From the NCBI RefSeq assembly GCF_947568905.1, contig NC_079170.1, positions 13,640,001 through 13,704,000 of the forward strand: a stretch of DNA of 64,000 nucleotides, in the 5' to 3' direction. The stretch is from Ostrea edulis. Lineage: Eukaryota. The translations under genes were made by a program, and so were the position numbers. Below the pieces are notes generated by a model. The model was not told where the DNA came from. It did not search any database and was given only the letters and a program-made list of their open reading frames with translations. Of this stretch, positions 23,273-37,100 are shown piece by piece; the stretch's first letter is position 1, and each line of letters begins with the position of its first letter.

Positions 23273-23590
23273 AGGTATGCTACACCAGAGAAATTTGATG
23301 TAGATGAAAAGTGGAGGATATGTACAACAATATTTTGAAGTTGAAAATTTTCAAATTTACTTTATTTTGTCAAAAAATACAGTTTTAGTAGAAGGTAATC
23401 TGAAAAAAAATTTAAAACCCCTACTGGACTCGAACCTGCGACCTACAGTTCAGCAGTCGGTATCCTAACCTACTGCGCTACTCGGCTAGGTATTTAAATG
23501 GAAAAGGAAAAGTCAAATATTGCTGATATAGATTTTTTCATCCATGTTTTTAAAGGAAGTCAGCCATTATGACGATGTAGAGTACTACCT
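23273..23590 (-). mobile_element. Putative non-autonomous DNA element with aggta.. ends carrying a tRNA-like cassette (23418-23489)
   Basis: Minus strand has A-box-like tagcgcagtagg (23480-23469) and B-box ggttcgagtcc (23436-23426). Termini are degenerate inverted aggtatgctacacc / gatgtagagtactacct. Confidence 0.5.
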
Positions 23591-23975
23591 TGATATATTA
23601 ATCGGTTTTTCTTACATGTAACAACACTTAAAACTTGTTTTCACAAATTATACAAGTACGGTTTTTGAAACATTGCCGGTTGACTCCCGGTTCCAAACTA
23701 TAAATAAAAGATTGCGTCATCAACCTCCGGTGAAAACGTACACTTGTGCATTTCCCCATTGCATCCGGTTTATACCTTAGTATTCACGGGAGAATGTAAC
23801 ATGTATAAGGGCACATGCACTCGACGTTTTTAAAAATATCAATAATAAATAAAATTGTCTTAATGTTTACAGGAAGACATTTTTGTTTATTATAATGTCG
23901 AGTGCCTGTGTATAAGGGTTATGTCGGATGTTTAACAATGTCATGGCATTGTGTTTTGTATTCTGTTTAGGGGCA

Positions 23976-24092
23976 CCCCGTGGGGATCCGGGTTAGAATA
24001 GGTTCGTAGTACCCTTGCTTGTCGTAGTTAAGAGGTGACTAAATGGGGCGGTCCTTAGCTTAGCATAGGATGAGACCGCAAAAGCCGAGGCC
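23976..24092 (+). mobile_element. 3'-truncated copy of the 19280 SINE-like family
   Basis: ccccgtggggatccgggttagaatagg...gatgagaccgcaaaagccgagg. Confidence 0.75.
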
Positions 24093-25011
24093 TGCAGATC
24101 TGGGAAATATTGGAACAGACTTGAGAGCTTTATAGATTTACCCCTTTTAAAGGTCCTCGGTTACTCTGTGCATGACTGATGCCATTTATAGCCACATTGT
24201 ATAATCTTGCGTCGCCGTCTCAAACATTTAATGTATAAAAAAAGGTCTTGTGTATTTTCCCACTACTCTCCCTCAAACATTTATTTAAGCCCCAGCACTT
24301 GCAATGCAACGTGTGTTAAGCTGTTAAGGTCGCCATTCAATTCGAACCTCGTGGACTATTGTATTCGATACAAGGTATGTATTCATGTATTATGGCACGA
24401 ATAATTGCTATGAAATTCCAACAAACGTAGAAAAAGCTCTGGAGTATTGAATGTGCGAAAGCCTACCCCCACCCCCCCACCCCCCCCCCTTTCCTACCCT
24501 GCCATCCAATCTTCAATCGCAAAGTCAAAAAACTGGTGGAGATGGGAACATGATTAATGAATTAATGAAGGACGTATTATTTTTAATTCAGTTTTCAAAC
24601 CTATTTAAGCAATTACTTTTGTAATGGAACTGGAATGGTTTCATTCAAAATATGTTGCTAAAAATTTTCTGAGGATATTAGTTCACCTATATATTATTAT
24701 TTTAAAAGAATATGAGTATGGAGAATTAGATAGTGGTTTTTTTTTATCATGACTGTAAAAATATGAAACAATATTTGACATTAACAAAATTATAGAGAAC
24801 GAAAAATATAATGGGACTGAATTAAATCACTCTAAGTTTGTTGTATGTCTGAGGATTGGAAAATTTTATCAATAAAAAAATTATCTAACTGAAAGGTTAT
24901 GTAGTACAACGCAAAGACAAAAATTTAGCTAGCTATAGAACACTAAGTACCACACAAAGAGATTGGTGTCCGACTGAAGGTGTCTTATTCACACTTATTT
25001 ATTCAAGCTGA

Positions 25012-25019
25012 CCGGAAGT
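25012..25019 (+). promoter_or_regulatory. ETS-type motif CCGGAAGT just upstream of the membrane-protein start codon
   Basis: ccggaagt lies ~13 bp before the ATG at 25032. Motif match only. Confidence 0.35.
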
Positions 25020-25031
25020 CCACGGGAGATC

Positions 25032-26680
25032 ATGGAGGTAACCACCGGGAGGAGCGGGCAGTTACCGGGACTGCTGGCAGCGACAGTTATCTGTGTTATT
25101 CCTTTCATTCATATAGGTAAGCAGGTGATACAAAGTTTTAACTTGAAATTCCTACAATCTTTGATCCACTCCGTTATTGTAATGTCGCTAACGGAGCGGA
25201 TCAAAGATCTGATTATTCCAGTTGATGTGTCCAGCGATGTACCCGCAATATAGACCAAACTTTGTGCTATTGTTATAGAACCGGGGGGGGGGGGGGGGGG
25301 TAAGCCCCCGATCGCAATAGGCGTATATTTAAGGGGTATGGGGGAGCGGGTGCGTCAGGTCGTGATATTGACGTAGGGTAAATATTGGAATGGAGGGTGG
25401 TAGTTTCTGCATACATGCAAAATACTAGGCATTCAGGAGAGCAGATCGCTTTCACTTGGTCAGTTGAAGTTAAGCTAACCACAATGGACAGGCCAAACAA
25501 TGATCCGCAACTGAGAAAGCTGTCAATCGATTTCGTGGTTAGCTGCAAAACTAGCTGTATCTTACTGGTAAGATGCGATACACCAGATTAGTGATGGATC
25601 AGAAAGCTACCTGCTGATCCACCCATTATATCAACATGCATTTTGTCTGCATACGATACAAGTTCATATACAGGGACATGGCTAATGGCAAATGGGTTTG
25701 GTGGTAATGCAATACGTACAGGTATATAAATGATGATGAACATTTATGGCAGAAAAAATATTGAGATATCCATACTTGAAAATTGGACATGATATATGAC
25801 ACTGTCATTACCAAATGAATTTAAAATATATTGCCAGGATTTTGAATAGTTTTAAAGTTATCTTTAATAATAAAAGAAATGAATGGGTTTGAAAAGGGGT
25901 CGGTTTTTATTCTCTCTATATATAATAATATAGGTAAATTAACTAAATTTTTCACGTAAATATAAAAAAAAAACCAAAAAAAACCCCACGTTTTACTAGG
26001 TGCAAAAATGCTGTGCACATGAATACAAGTTGAAATTCACATTCTATTTCCTGAATATTACATGTATAATGAACACTTGCACTTAGTTCTGGGTAAGTTT
26101 TTCTATTTTCCATTCCCAACATTCAGAAAATGTGCCGAAATTCGAAATGTACACAACATTCATATTTCTTGTACTGTAATCGCTTCATAAGATAATTTTG
26201 TTGATTTTTCCCATTCTAATTGTTATCAGGCATAGTCCACAAGATGATCTGGGTTCCCAATAAGCCGATAGTGAACAGAACAAGCTGTAGATGTAACTGT
26301 TTTGACACAGTATACAAAGGTGAGTGATAGAAGTGGGTGTTGTATGAGTAAATGAACCGGTTGTTGTATGAGTGATTGAAGCGGTTGTGGTATGGGTGAT
26401 TGAACCGGTTTTGTATGAGTAAATGAACCGGTTGATGTATGAGTGATTGAACCGGTTGTTGTATGAATGATTGAACCGATTGTTGTATGAGTGATGGACC
26501 GGTTGTTGTATGAGTGATTGAACCGGTTGTTGTATGAAATACTCCATTTGACAGTGAAGCTTTTTAGCTCACCTGAGCTGATTAAAGCTCAAGTGAGCTT
26601 TTCTGATCGCTTTTTATACGTCTTCTGTCTGTCCGTCTGTCTGTCTCTCCGTCTGTCTGTTAAACTTTTCACATTTTCGA

Positions 26681-26718
<38 letters not shown>

Positions 26719-28927
26719 ATGGCCAAAATCATCCTTGGGTAAAGGGCTTTCAAGTTTGTTCAAATGAAGGGCCATGTCCCTTTCAAAGTGGAGATAATCA
26801 CAAAAATGCAAAAATAGGGTGGGGTCATTTAAAAATCTTCTCAAGAACCACTGGGCCAGAAGAGCTGAAATTTACCTGAAAGCTTCCTGACATATTGCAG
26901 ATTCAAGTTTGTTCAACTCATAGCCCCCGGTGGTAGGGCCACAAGGGGGGATCAAAGTTTTACATACAAATATATAGGGAAAAACTTTAAAAATATTCTT
27001 CTCAAGAACCACTAAGCCAGAAAAGCTGAGATTTACATGAAAGCTTCCTGAAATAATGCAGATTCAAGTTTGTTCAAATCATGAGCCCCGGGGGTTGGAT
27101 GGGGCCACAATAGGGGATCAAAGTTTTACATACAAATATATAGGAAAAATCTTCTTCTCAAGAACCACTGAGCCAGAAAAGCTGATTTTTACATGAAAAC
27201 TTTCTGACATAGTGCAGATTCAAGTTTGTTCAAATCATGGCCCCCGTGGGGTGGGGTGGGTAGGATGGGGCCACAAGTGGGGGGGGGGGGTGTCAAAGTT
27301 TTACATACAAATATAGGAAAAAGCTTTACAAATCTTCTTCTCAAGAACCATTAGGCCAAAGAAGTTGACATTTACATGAAAGCTTTCTGACATAGTGTAG
27401 ATTCAAGTTTGCAAAGGGTAGTTTGGGCCATAATAGGGACTAAGGTTTTACAGGCAAATATATATGAATAGTCTTCAGATATGGGCCAAGGTGACTCAGA
27501 TGAGCAATGTGGCCCATGGGCCTCTTGTTTAAATTTAATTTTAAGTCACCTTAGTCACTAGTTGCGATATTGGTTGTTGTCTGTGCCATTGATCGTCTGT
27601 TACATTTAACAACTATTCTAAAACTACATTGCCATTATTTATGAAATTCATTATGGATCATCTATTTGAGATGAGGAACAACAATTGTGAATTTTATGAT
27701 TACGGAACCCGTGGGGCCAAGGTGTGGGTTCAAAACCACATAAAAGGACAAATGTTTGTAATCTTTAAAAATCTTCATGCAGCTTCACTCAGGGATATTC
27801 AGCAGGCAATCTGTGTGCATCTGTGTATAGTCACGCTAAGCGAAGATGCCTCTACTATCTTGAAATTCAGGGCTGCTGACTCGGGGCTTCTGGTGCTAGG
27901 GTGGACTTATGATTCCCATAGTGAACATTTCTATGTATTTAGACTCGACTATTACAGCATTTATTTTGTTATATACTGTAAGAATCATATGACGAAATAC
28001 TTCTAATTATTTTTTTTTTCGTCCTTTGCATTCGAGAATAAAGACGCGAACTCGTCCGACCTCGCTCGTGAACTGAGGAACAATGTTTGAGAACACGATT
28101 TTTTAAAAATGTACTCGTCCAATTTTGAAATGATCGGTAATGAAAATGATGATTGATTGAATGGATCTAGAATACGTGTTGTGTGCTCTGAGAGTCTCGT
28201 TAAACGTGATTGTGACATGGTGAACATCGAAACAATATTCTCATCGAAATTCTTGTCTCTTGTATAATTTCTTAAATATATGTGTTTCTCTTTATTTGTA
28301 GGATCATATGAAAGCCAAGGAAAAACTGGATATAAACACGTGTATTTCAACGCCACATCCGAGGTGCTGTTCATATGGATTTTAACGCTAATGACCATCA
28401 TCGTATCATATGAGTGTTTCAAATGTCTATATAAGATGTGTATTAATAGGGACATTAGGTGGCGAATGCTACTGTTATTTATTCTAGACATTTATCCAAA
28501 TTATTATTCATACTGGTCATACTTTAATTACGTAAATGATCACTTTTACAAGCAATTCTATCATCAGTTATTTTTCACAACAACGGAACTGTTTTCCACG
28601 TGGAACGTCGTGCGCATGTGTTCGAAAAATTCCAAGATGGACTCGGGGCCTGCGATGTCTGTAGTGGTGATCAGTTTAATCCACATTTTGCTTGGAGGAG
28701 TTGATCAGTTTTTCGTTCAGCTGATACTGTGGAAAGACGAAGCCTTCCAAAGGTTTAGAAATCTTGGCTTTTTACTCCCAGACGTGCTGCACGTGATTCT
28801 CGTGATCCAACAAATGGCAATTGTAAGACAGAAATCTTGGAATTGCGTGTTTACCGTCACAGAACTCAAATTTGGAGTAATTTTTGTAGTGAGTGGTTTT
28901 GTTGTGGGAAAATGTTTGTTTCGTTGA
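25032..28927 (+). CDS. Uncharacterised multi-pass membrane protein, 266 aa; exons 25032-25116, 26230-26319, 28302-28927
   Basis: GT-AG introns, both phase 1, 801 nt open. N-terminal hydrophobic segment, then NRTSCRCNCFDTVYKGSYE...YKHVYFNAT, then about six more hydrophobic segments containing YHQLFFTTTE, IHILLGGVDQF and PDVLH. Resembles a conserved uncharacterised invertebrate family (recollection, unverified). Confidence 0.88.
26340..26536. repeat. Minisatellite, ~24-bp unit (tgaaccggttgttgtatgagtgat), about 8 copies, just after the exon 2 donor
   Basis: Direct tandem copies. Confidence 0.9.
26561..27530 (+). mobile_element. Pearl/CvA-like Helentron-derived element (HINE) with ~160-bp core repeats
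   Basis: 5' tttttagctcacctgagct..agctcaagtgagct palindrome, (ctgt/ccgt)n microsatellite, and core repeats with ttctcaagaaccact at about 26838, 26999, 27155 and 27338. 3' subterminal ctcagatgagc, hairpin ggcccatgggcc and tcttgttt end. Confidence 0.9.
27540..27950 (+). mobile_element. Degenerate second HINE-like element
   Basis: T-rich start ttttaagtcacc..., degraded microsatellite-like segment, and a core resembling the neighbouring element. Confidence 0.35.
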
Positions 28928-31900
28928 ATATTTGCATTGTCTTGTCAAGCGATTTATTGTCCTATTTAAGCATAAATTGTGTATTAGGTGTGGAATATCT
29001 AGTTTTTGTTTGTTTTCTTTGTTTTTTGTTTTGTTATTTTTTGTTATCAAAAAAGAAGGCGAAAATAGTGAACAGTACTGCTTATTAAGCGATACCAATA
29101 TTTGTTATCAGAATGATATTGAAAGGCTTACAAAAATAATAAAAAGATAAGATACATGTAATTGCTTCATTCACACCATTGTGTTTCAAATAAAGGCTGT
29201 AAATCGAGAAATATAAGTTGAGGAAACATTGTAACGTCAGTTCAAGCAATATGAAGGTGCATGTAGATTATTCTTCCTTTGATGAAAATTACTTCCATTA
29301 ATTAAACGAAGAAAATCAACCAGGTTTCACTGGCAAACACATCTTTCCCCTCTAGCACTGCAGAGGTTTTATCTGTCTCTTCATCTTTCCACTCCACAGG
29401 GTGTGTGTACACATTCCACCGTGCACTCTTTGTCTCCAAACCATCTTTGCGAAAGATGTGTTCCGCAGTTGTCCATATTCATATATGGTAGTGGACGGTT
29501 CTAAATTGCTTTCAAAAACACGCCAAGATCTATGATTATACCACAGTTTTATTGTAAAAATTAAGGGAAGACATTGAGGTTTAATGATTTTTAATGAATC
29601 CCATCATAATAGTCACCGCTCTCTTACACAGAAAAAGGCAGTCAGAACTCGCTCGGTCTTTTCCGTAACCGCTGTTATACGGAAATAACCGAGTAGTTAC
29701 GATTGAGAAGAGTGATGCAGACGTTATAACAGACACTAACATCACTTCAGGATAAACCCACTCTCTTGACTGTCGAGTAGAAGCGGATGACAATCGATTG
29801 CTTTGCGCCTTTTATAACGTGACTATAGAATAACAAAATGACATGCGGGTGTATTCTCTGCTTAAATCTCTCCTTACTTAAGTAAACTCTAGTTCCAAAC
29901 TAATCGATGAGGCATGGTCACCCTCGATTTTAATGATATCCATGTACTGTGTGTGGATATCTTTCTGTGGAGTTCTTATCATATATATATATATAGACAT
30001 GACGCTGTACCAAGAGCGATAATGCATGGTTCCAGATGTGCGTCGATATCATACACAAAAGACGCTATATATTATTACGTCAAACACTTCAAATACACTA
30101 AATACAAATAGTAAGCTCATTTATTATATAGCTAATAAATAGTCTATTATAAAATCTGCGTAAAATCTAGAGAATGTTAGCGTTCAATATCCTGAGAATA
30201 TATTGCACACTGTACATTTAAAAACAAATTGAATATGTTTACATCCATTCTGGTCGCATGCCACTGAGAACCCAGATATTTTGAGCAGTATACTTCGGTT
30301 TCGTTTTTTATTCGTGCTGCAAAACAAAAATAAAGTAAAAATGAAGACTGATTAAAAACGCACCCTCCACGACAGCATACATGTAGGTAAAGTACCAAGG
30401 CTTGATGTTTTTGATCGTCTATACTATGACGTATTGTATGTACATGTGCGAGTTAACTTTAGTCCACTGCACAATTGAAATAAAACCAATCGTACTGATC
30501 GACCTCAGCAATGCTTACGCTTAATCACAAGGTTGGTATTTAGTACAAGTAATTATAGGATGTGTACATGTAATGGATAGAAAAATTATCTAATGTATAA
30601 AAAAAACAACAAAGAAATTGCAACATGATGAAACGGAAAATAAACTAAATAATTATACTGTATCCTTGAAGGCTGATGTATTATAGGTCTGGTACCTCGT
30701 GCTGTCTTAATCTTCCCGTTACTAAGGAGTTGCATCCTCAAAATTTCATCTTTTCTTACGTGATTTCAACATATTTGTTTTTTCTATAAATATACAAAGG
30801 GGTTTCTTATCTACTTCAATCCGGGTATCAACCCCGGGAAGTAACGGACCTTTGTCCTTCGGACTTGAGTCGATACCCCCGGAGCGAACACAACCTGCTC
30901 CAGTAACGTAATCAAAACAACAGTGTGATACCTTTAAAATCTGTATTGCTCGGTATTCTATATGTCTCATTATTTTGGGAGTTATCCTCCCTTGCATGTC
31001 TGATGCCGCTACCACCTTTCAAAAATACCCGGTCACGGTTTTTCACATAATAATGAATTTACAATTAATGATAAAATTATCACGAAAATTTTTATCAAGT
31101 TTTTGCTTTGAATTTTAATGAAGTAATATGATGATCGAGCTTTAGGTCAAAATGAACAATACGAATGGATTAAAAGAAATAAGATTTGACAGAAATGTGT
31201 GTTAGAAATAATGAAGCCTTAAATAAATATATGTATTTCACAAATTCCTAAACCACACTTTTTAGCATCCAGCTGTCAAAGAATAGGACATACATTGATA
31301 ACCTTATAGGGTGTGGGCACAAATAATTGACTCGGAGAATAAAATGCAAACAAAACTATGTATGTTTAGTGTAGATCCGTGGTCAAAGTGACGCGAAGTT
31401 TAAATCCTTTAATTAATTCTCGTTTCTGAACCTTAACATTGTTCAATACCGTTTAGTCATAGATTGATTTGACATAGAGATAAATTTGATTTGATGATAA
31501 ACAAAAGGGGACTTCGAATACAATTATCGTTTTTGTATAATTTGTATAGAAATCATTAGCCATTAAAAGATGGGTCGAATTTGTGATCTCAAGTAGTTTT
31601 TGACTGTGCATAAACATTTCTCTCTTGTAGTGCATGTGATTGTTTGTGATTTTTTTATGTACAGCAAACAGAAGAAAAAAAAATTAGGTACCTATATATA
31701 TATGAAGGAAAATAAACACATTGCCGGGGTTCCCATGCAGCCATTTCATCCAGTAGGTCTGCGTTCAAGATCGTCGTGGCTAGCTTAGGTGCTAGGTATG
31801 GGGACGGATTTGTGCCATTTTACACTTTATCGTCTTTTTGTTATTTCAAGACGAAAAGACAACAAAGCGATATTAGCGACTTTTCGTCCCCAAATGAAAA

Positions 31901-34100
31901 GACAACTAAATTATAAGATTAGCTACTTTTCGCCTCGAAATAACGAAAAGACGACAAATTGTAAAATGGCACAAATCAGGCACCATACCTAACCTCTAGG
32001 ATAGCTGCTACGATCTTGAACGCAACCCTGATAATTGGTAAAATTTGAAATTCATATTTACTCGGTGACGTTCCGTTGTTCATTTCCTCGTCAAAGAGAA
32101 CAATGTGCGTATGGATTTTGATAAATATAGTCCGACTATTCTAACGGCTGGGAATACTCCGAAAGAAATGAAAGTAATAAATAAATTTCGCTTTTGAAAA
32201 TACATGAAGGTATGGACAGTAATACTTCACGCCAGTCTACTTTTCAATGAAGCGTTAGTTAACCCGCCCTTCTATGATAAACTGGCGTAAAGCGTCGTAT
32301 TTCCTGCCCTCGCGTGTTTCCAAAAATGAAATTTATTTCTTAAATATCCACATACTGTAATATACGCGTATTTCAATGTACGCACATTATAATATACGCA
32401 AAATGTAACGCATGCATACTTTCACATACACATATTGCAATTCATGCACAAATGACCCGTCAAATCCGCACAGCGATATTTGAAAATTATCATTGTGTGA
32501 TACCCATGTAAAGCCCAAGCACAATGGAATTAATCACACACAGAATACACGATTCTAGTGCGAAATCAGGGTGTTCTAACGGAATCTTGATTCAAATGTG
32601 CTAGATTCAGAAAGATTTATTTGATACAAAACATTAGCAAATGCAATAAATATCTGAAACATTTCATCATGACAGAAAACAGTCATTAATATAAGTTATA
32701 GTGTTTTGTTTAACTCCTAATGTTGTTGATAAAAAATCTGGAACTTAAACAAAGATATTGAAAAAATACATTTCACCAAAAACTACGGTATAATGATAAT
32801 AATTTGAAATATTTTAAAAACTTATCACACATAGTATAGATAAATCAAAATAGAGTACTCCAATATAACAAGTAATGTCGTTTCTATTACAGTGATTTAG
32901 TTACACAGACTTTTTATGTACACATTTAAATCAAAGTAGAATCATTCCATGGATATGTACATGTACGAAACATTGACATGATATATTCAGAGACACACAA
33001 TGTCCGTTTCGGACATGTAAATTACACGTGGTATATGGACTAGGATACAGAGCGATAACCCACATTGGACGGACTACTGGGATGTGAAGCGTACAATTGT
33101 ACAAAAAAAATCACAAAACTCAAGTAGTAGATGTACATCTGTATATGAAAATAATGAAAGTATACGTTTGTTTAAATAAGTAAGAGTTAAATATATTTCA
33201 AATCAATTTCAACTTTTGTAATTCTCTCTAACAAGTGGTTAAGAATAATGATTAAAAAAAATTCCAATCATGAACATATTTTCCGAATAATCATTTACAT
33301 TTCCGGACAGTAATTCATTCAATGGAAAGGATTCATTCCACTTGACTGACTGGGACTAAAATAGTTCATGACCGAGACACACAAGTTGTCACTTCATCCT
33401 TTTTTTTTTTTTTAAATAGAAGTATTGATTGTAACCTTGCACTGATAAAAAATGGAAATCTTGTAGTGAAGAATAAACCCCCTATCAATTTAAGATTTTG
33501 AAGTTTGGGCAAAGGAACATATCTTAGGATGTTTTTACTTGTCAAGAATTATAGACATTTGTGAAGTGAACTTTTTCCCACTGCTTTATTTCTCCCCTTT
33601 TCCCCGACGTTGAAAAGCTGTGCAATGTAGTTTTTATACATACGATTAACCCTCATAACATGAGGCATTTAAGGAACGATACAAAATTAAGTCCTGAGTG
33701 TGATGCAGAGTCCCTAAATACATTAACGTTATTCTAAAAATCATATTCCATTTATCAATTACCATGGCAGTTTACGTATTGTTTGCAAGCAAACATATTT
33801 ACTTGTAGAATTGATTATCAACTGATACTTTCATTATCTTACATACTAAGCAAATGTACATCTATCAATGACTAGCTGACAATGATCACACTTGCTTTGA
33901 TGAGCTGGATTCAATTAAAAATATAATTTAACAAGTAACAATACAATGGTTTGTCGTGAAAATCAAAGAGAAGTCCGTATTTTCAATATAGTACTCAAAA
34001 TTTTTGACTTCTGAAATCAATGAGAAAAAAAGTACAAAAATAGGAATAAAAAGTACTCCCATTTAGCACCTCTGATGCAGAACAAATTCTAGATAAAAGA

Positions 34101-37100
34101 CTACAGGATGACACATGACTTCGATGGCTGGTTCCCTCCATCACCTGGTGCCCGTTCCTCTCTTTTCTGTAACTCTGTTTTGGTTTGCTGTAGCTCTTTG
34201 TTGAGGGAGGTGATCTGCTTGTCTTTCTCCTCATCTTCCTTTGCCAAACGAATTAGCCTTTTCTCCAAGTCGGAAATCTTTTGAGCAGATGCCTCACTTC
34301 CGGTTCCGTTGGAGGTCTGGATCTTTAGCTTTTCTAACTCTGTCTCCAATTTCTTGATTTGCTCTAATTTTTCCTGATTTTCTTTCTCCGTTTGAGATAT
34401 TTTGGTTTCTTTTTCCTTGATTTTTTCATAATCCTCTTTCATTTTTTCCATACTCTCCTTCAGTTTAACATTCTCCTCTATCAGGGATTTCATGGCTTCC
34501 TTGTCTGCATTCTGATTGACTAATGTGGACTCCATCCTCTCCTTAAAGAAAAGGAGATAAAATGAAAAAATATATATATATACATGTATATTGATGGAGA
34601 TACACAGGTACATATGTGCAATTTGGGGGTCTGAAATGCAAGCATTCATCGAAGGAAGGGCATTGTGACTCATACAAAACAAGAAAAACGCACACGTTAC
34701 GTTACATGTAATATAATTTAATAGACGTGCACTATGCTTAAAGAGTAGTCAGGGTTTTCACACAAAGTGCACAAGCCCACTAAGACAAGTACACTATGTG
34801 TCAAAATTTTAACCCTCTATCTCGATATAGTGTGTGCTGAATGTAACATTATTATGATTGAATTACACTATAACTTTCAATATTTTTTTTCTTCAAGATG
34901 TTACATATACATGGATATATAATGTAAGTTTGGTATGGAGGTAAGGACAAAAACTCCGACAAATTAAAGTTCCGATTGCTGTTTGGTGCGGGTATTGTAA
35001 ACACGATATCGATTAGTTTGTTATTTCATAGGTATGCAAGTGTCAACTCATTTTATTGTTAATCCAATATCTGGAGAGTTTTCTTTACAATGATTCTATT
35101 ATCTAGTGGTAAACTTTAGTTAATATATGCAATTTCTCCTTGTGTAGTATATTGGCTCAATGTTCAGCGTGTTGGTTTAACAAGCGAGCAGGCGAGGGTT
35201 CGAGTCCGCGAAAGGCCATTTCTTTTCCTGAATTAACGGAGTAACTTCTGTCTATTCTATGAAGATGTAGTATATTCCTGCACTGTGCAAAAATAGTAGG
35301 GCATCGAAATATAAGGTAAGAAACGTACAGGAAGCACACCTGAGTACAGGTCCCTGACGAGACTGTAAGGTGCATACCGCCATTTAATCAACTTTCGCGG
35401 CAATCTTGGCATTAAGTGATTGCGTATGAAAATCATGATATTAAACTATTAAACCAGCCTGTATTTTGACCAATATTGGGATATAGAGGTCTGTAGCAGT
35501 CAGTGTGTCTGTAGTTTAGTACCAGCTTCACCACAGAACACGAGCACAGATACAGGGTAGCAGGACCGTGTGGATTTTACCTCTCATTAAGAAGAGATAC
35601 CGTATTATCCTCCAATATCATTTAGTCACTAAGCATGACTTTCACTGGAAACCAATTAGAAGTTAATGAAAAACCAAGGACCCTCATCAGATTTATATCA
35701 AGCCAAGTAAGAAGATGATGTAAAGAATTTTGAGCAGCTTCGGTCAGAAAGCTATTTCACAATATACTGCCAAATCGTTCAGAAACATCAATCCATTCCC
35801 TAAAGTATCGTTCATAGACCACATTTCATCCACTGTATGAGCTTAAACTTGTTAGACCACATATACACCTATACAATTTAGAAGAAGAAAAAAAAACCAT
35901 ATCGACAATTATCAATTTTGTAATTGGTAAAACTTTGATGCAAATCCATTTATACTTGTACGTTTTGCATTGTATTTCTATCGAACAAATATATAGGAAA
36001 AACTATCACTTACTTGCTAAAAGTAAGAAACCCTTTAAAGAAACGAAGAACCCCATTACGATGTTGGTGTACTCTATTGGTAAATATGAAATACATTCTT
36101 TTATCATATAACACCCCCCCTCCCCTATAGAAATATTAACAATTCTAAACTAGTAAACTTGTCTGTTCCCCGGAATGTATGCGCAAGTTTCAAGATAAAG
36201 AATTTATCTGTGTAGGATGTGCATTTAGTGAGGAAAACGATACAAACTATAAAAGATGGCATATCTTTAAAGCTGTTAATGTATCCATGGATACATAATA
36301 CATTTTCTTGATTAATTTAATGGAATTCGGAATATGAAACTTGGTATGTGAGTATTTTCAGTTATACAGTAATGTGCCAAACAAAGTATGATCGAACACT
36401 GAAGGGATGCCACTGCGCATGCCTGGTCTACCATACACCAACCCACGCTTACAAAGTGTTTACCTTTTGTAACCAGACATGCGCACTGAAAGTCCGGAAG
36501 CAAACCAGGCATGCGGACATTGTAACTCAACCAGACAATTATTACGGTCGCGGATCGAAATAGACCATGACATGACAATTGGTGTATTCGGGGCCTACAT
36601 CCGATGTTGTTTTATTTTATGACTTGACGGAACAGGGCAAGTGATTTTCCGATCGGGTTATTTGTCCCACTATCCACGTGTATAACAATTGTTTAGCGCC
36701 TTACTATGTACGAGAGTTGTGTAATGGGAAATAACTCGTATACAGGTCGACACTTACATGATCGGTATTTTTAAAGGGGGTAATTACCATCCATTTTTGA
36801 CCGCAAGTTCGTGTCTATATTGACCGTTACGTCGGCAGGCGCGCATTAGCAAACATTGACGCTATTGTGAGGTCACGTGGACATATTACTTACTCCGCGA
36901 ACGTTAATGTTACGTTCAGCGACGTATGAATATATGAGATGTAAAATGATATAGGTTATTTATAGAAACAATTGTACGTGCACACAAGGGGGGTCACATA
37001 GTGACGCCTACCCAAGTAGAAATGGACTATGGCAATGTTAGTAAACGTTACGATAAATTCATATCAATTATTCAAGTAAATAAATACAAACAGCAGCAAG

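Noticed and set aside
23418-23489. tRNA gene (also 35150-35218 and the 11233 SINE head)
   Set aside because: A and B boxes are present, but I could not fold a 7-bp acceptor stem or a clean anticodon arm. Treated as tRNA-derived sequence.
25430-25577. Candidate extra exon (GEQIAFTWSVEV...) in the membrane-protein gene
   Set aside because: Exon 1 (phase 1) joins 26230 directly in frame, giving HIGIVHKM. Including this phase 1-to-0 segment would break the frame.
29330-29793. Possible RecQ-like helicase remnant (VLEGKDVFA; SGYGK) on the minus strand
   Set aside because: The two short motifs are in the wrong order for one helicase and the surrounding sequence does not fit. Too weak without a profile search.
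30746-31015. 89-aa minus-strand ORF
   Set aside because: No ATG start in good context, no recognisable motif, and no convincing splice sites linking it to the neighbouring genes.
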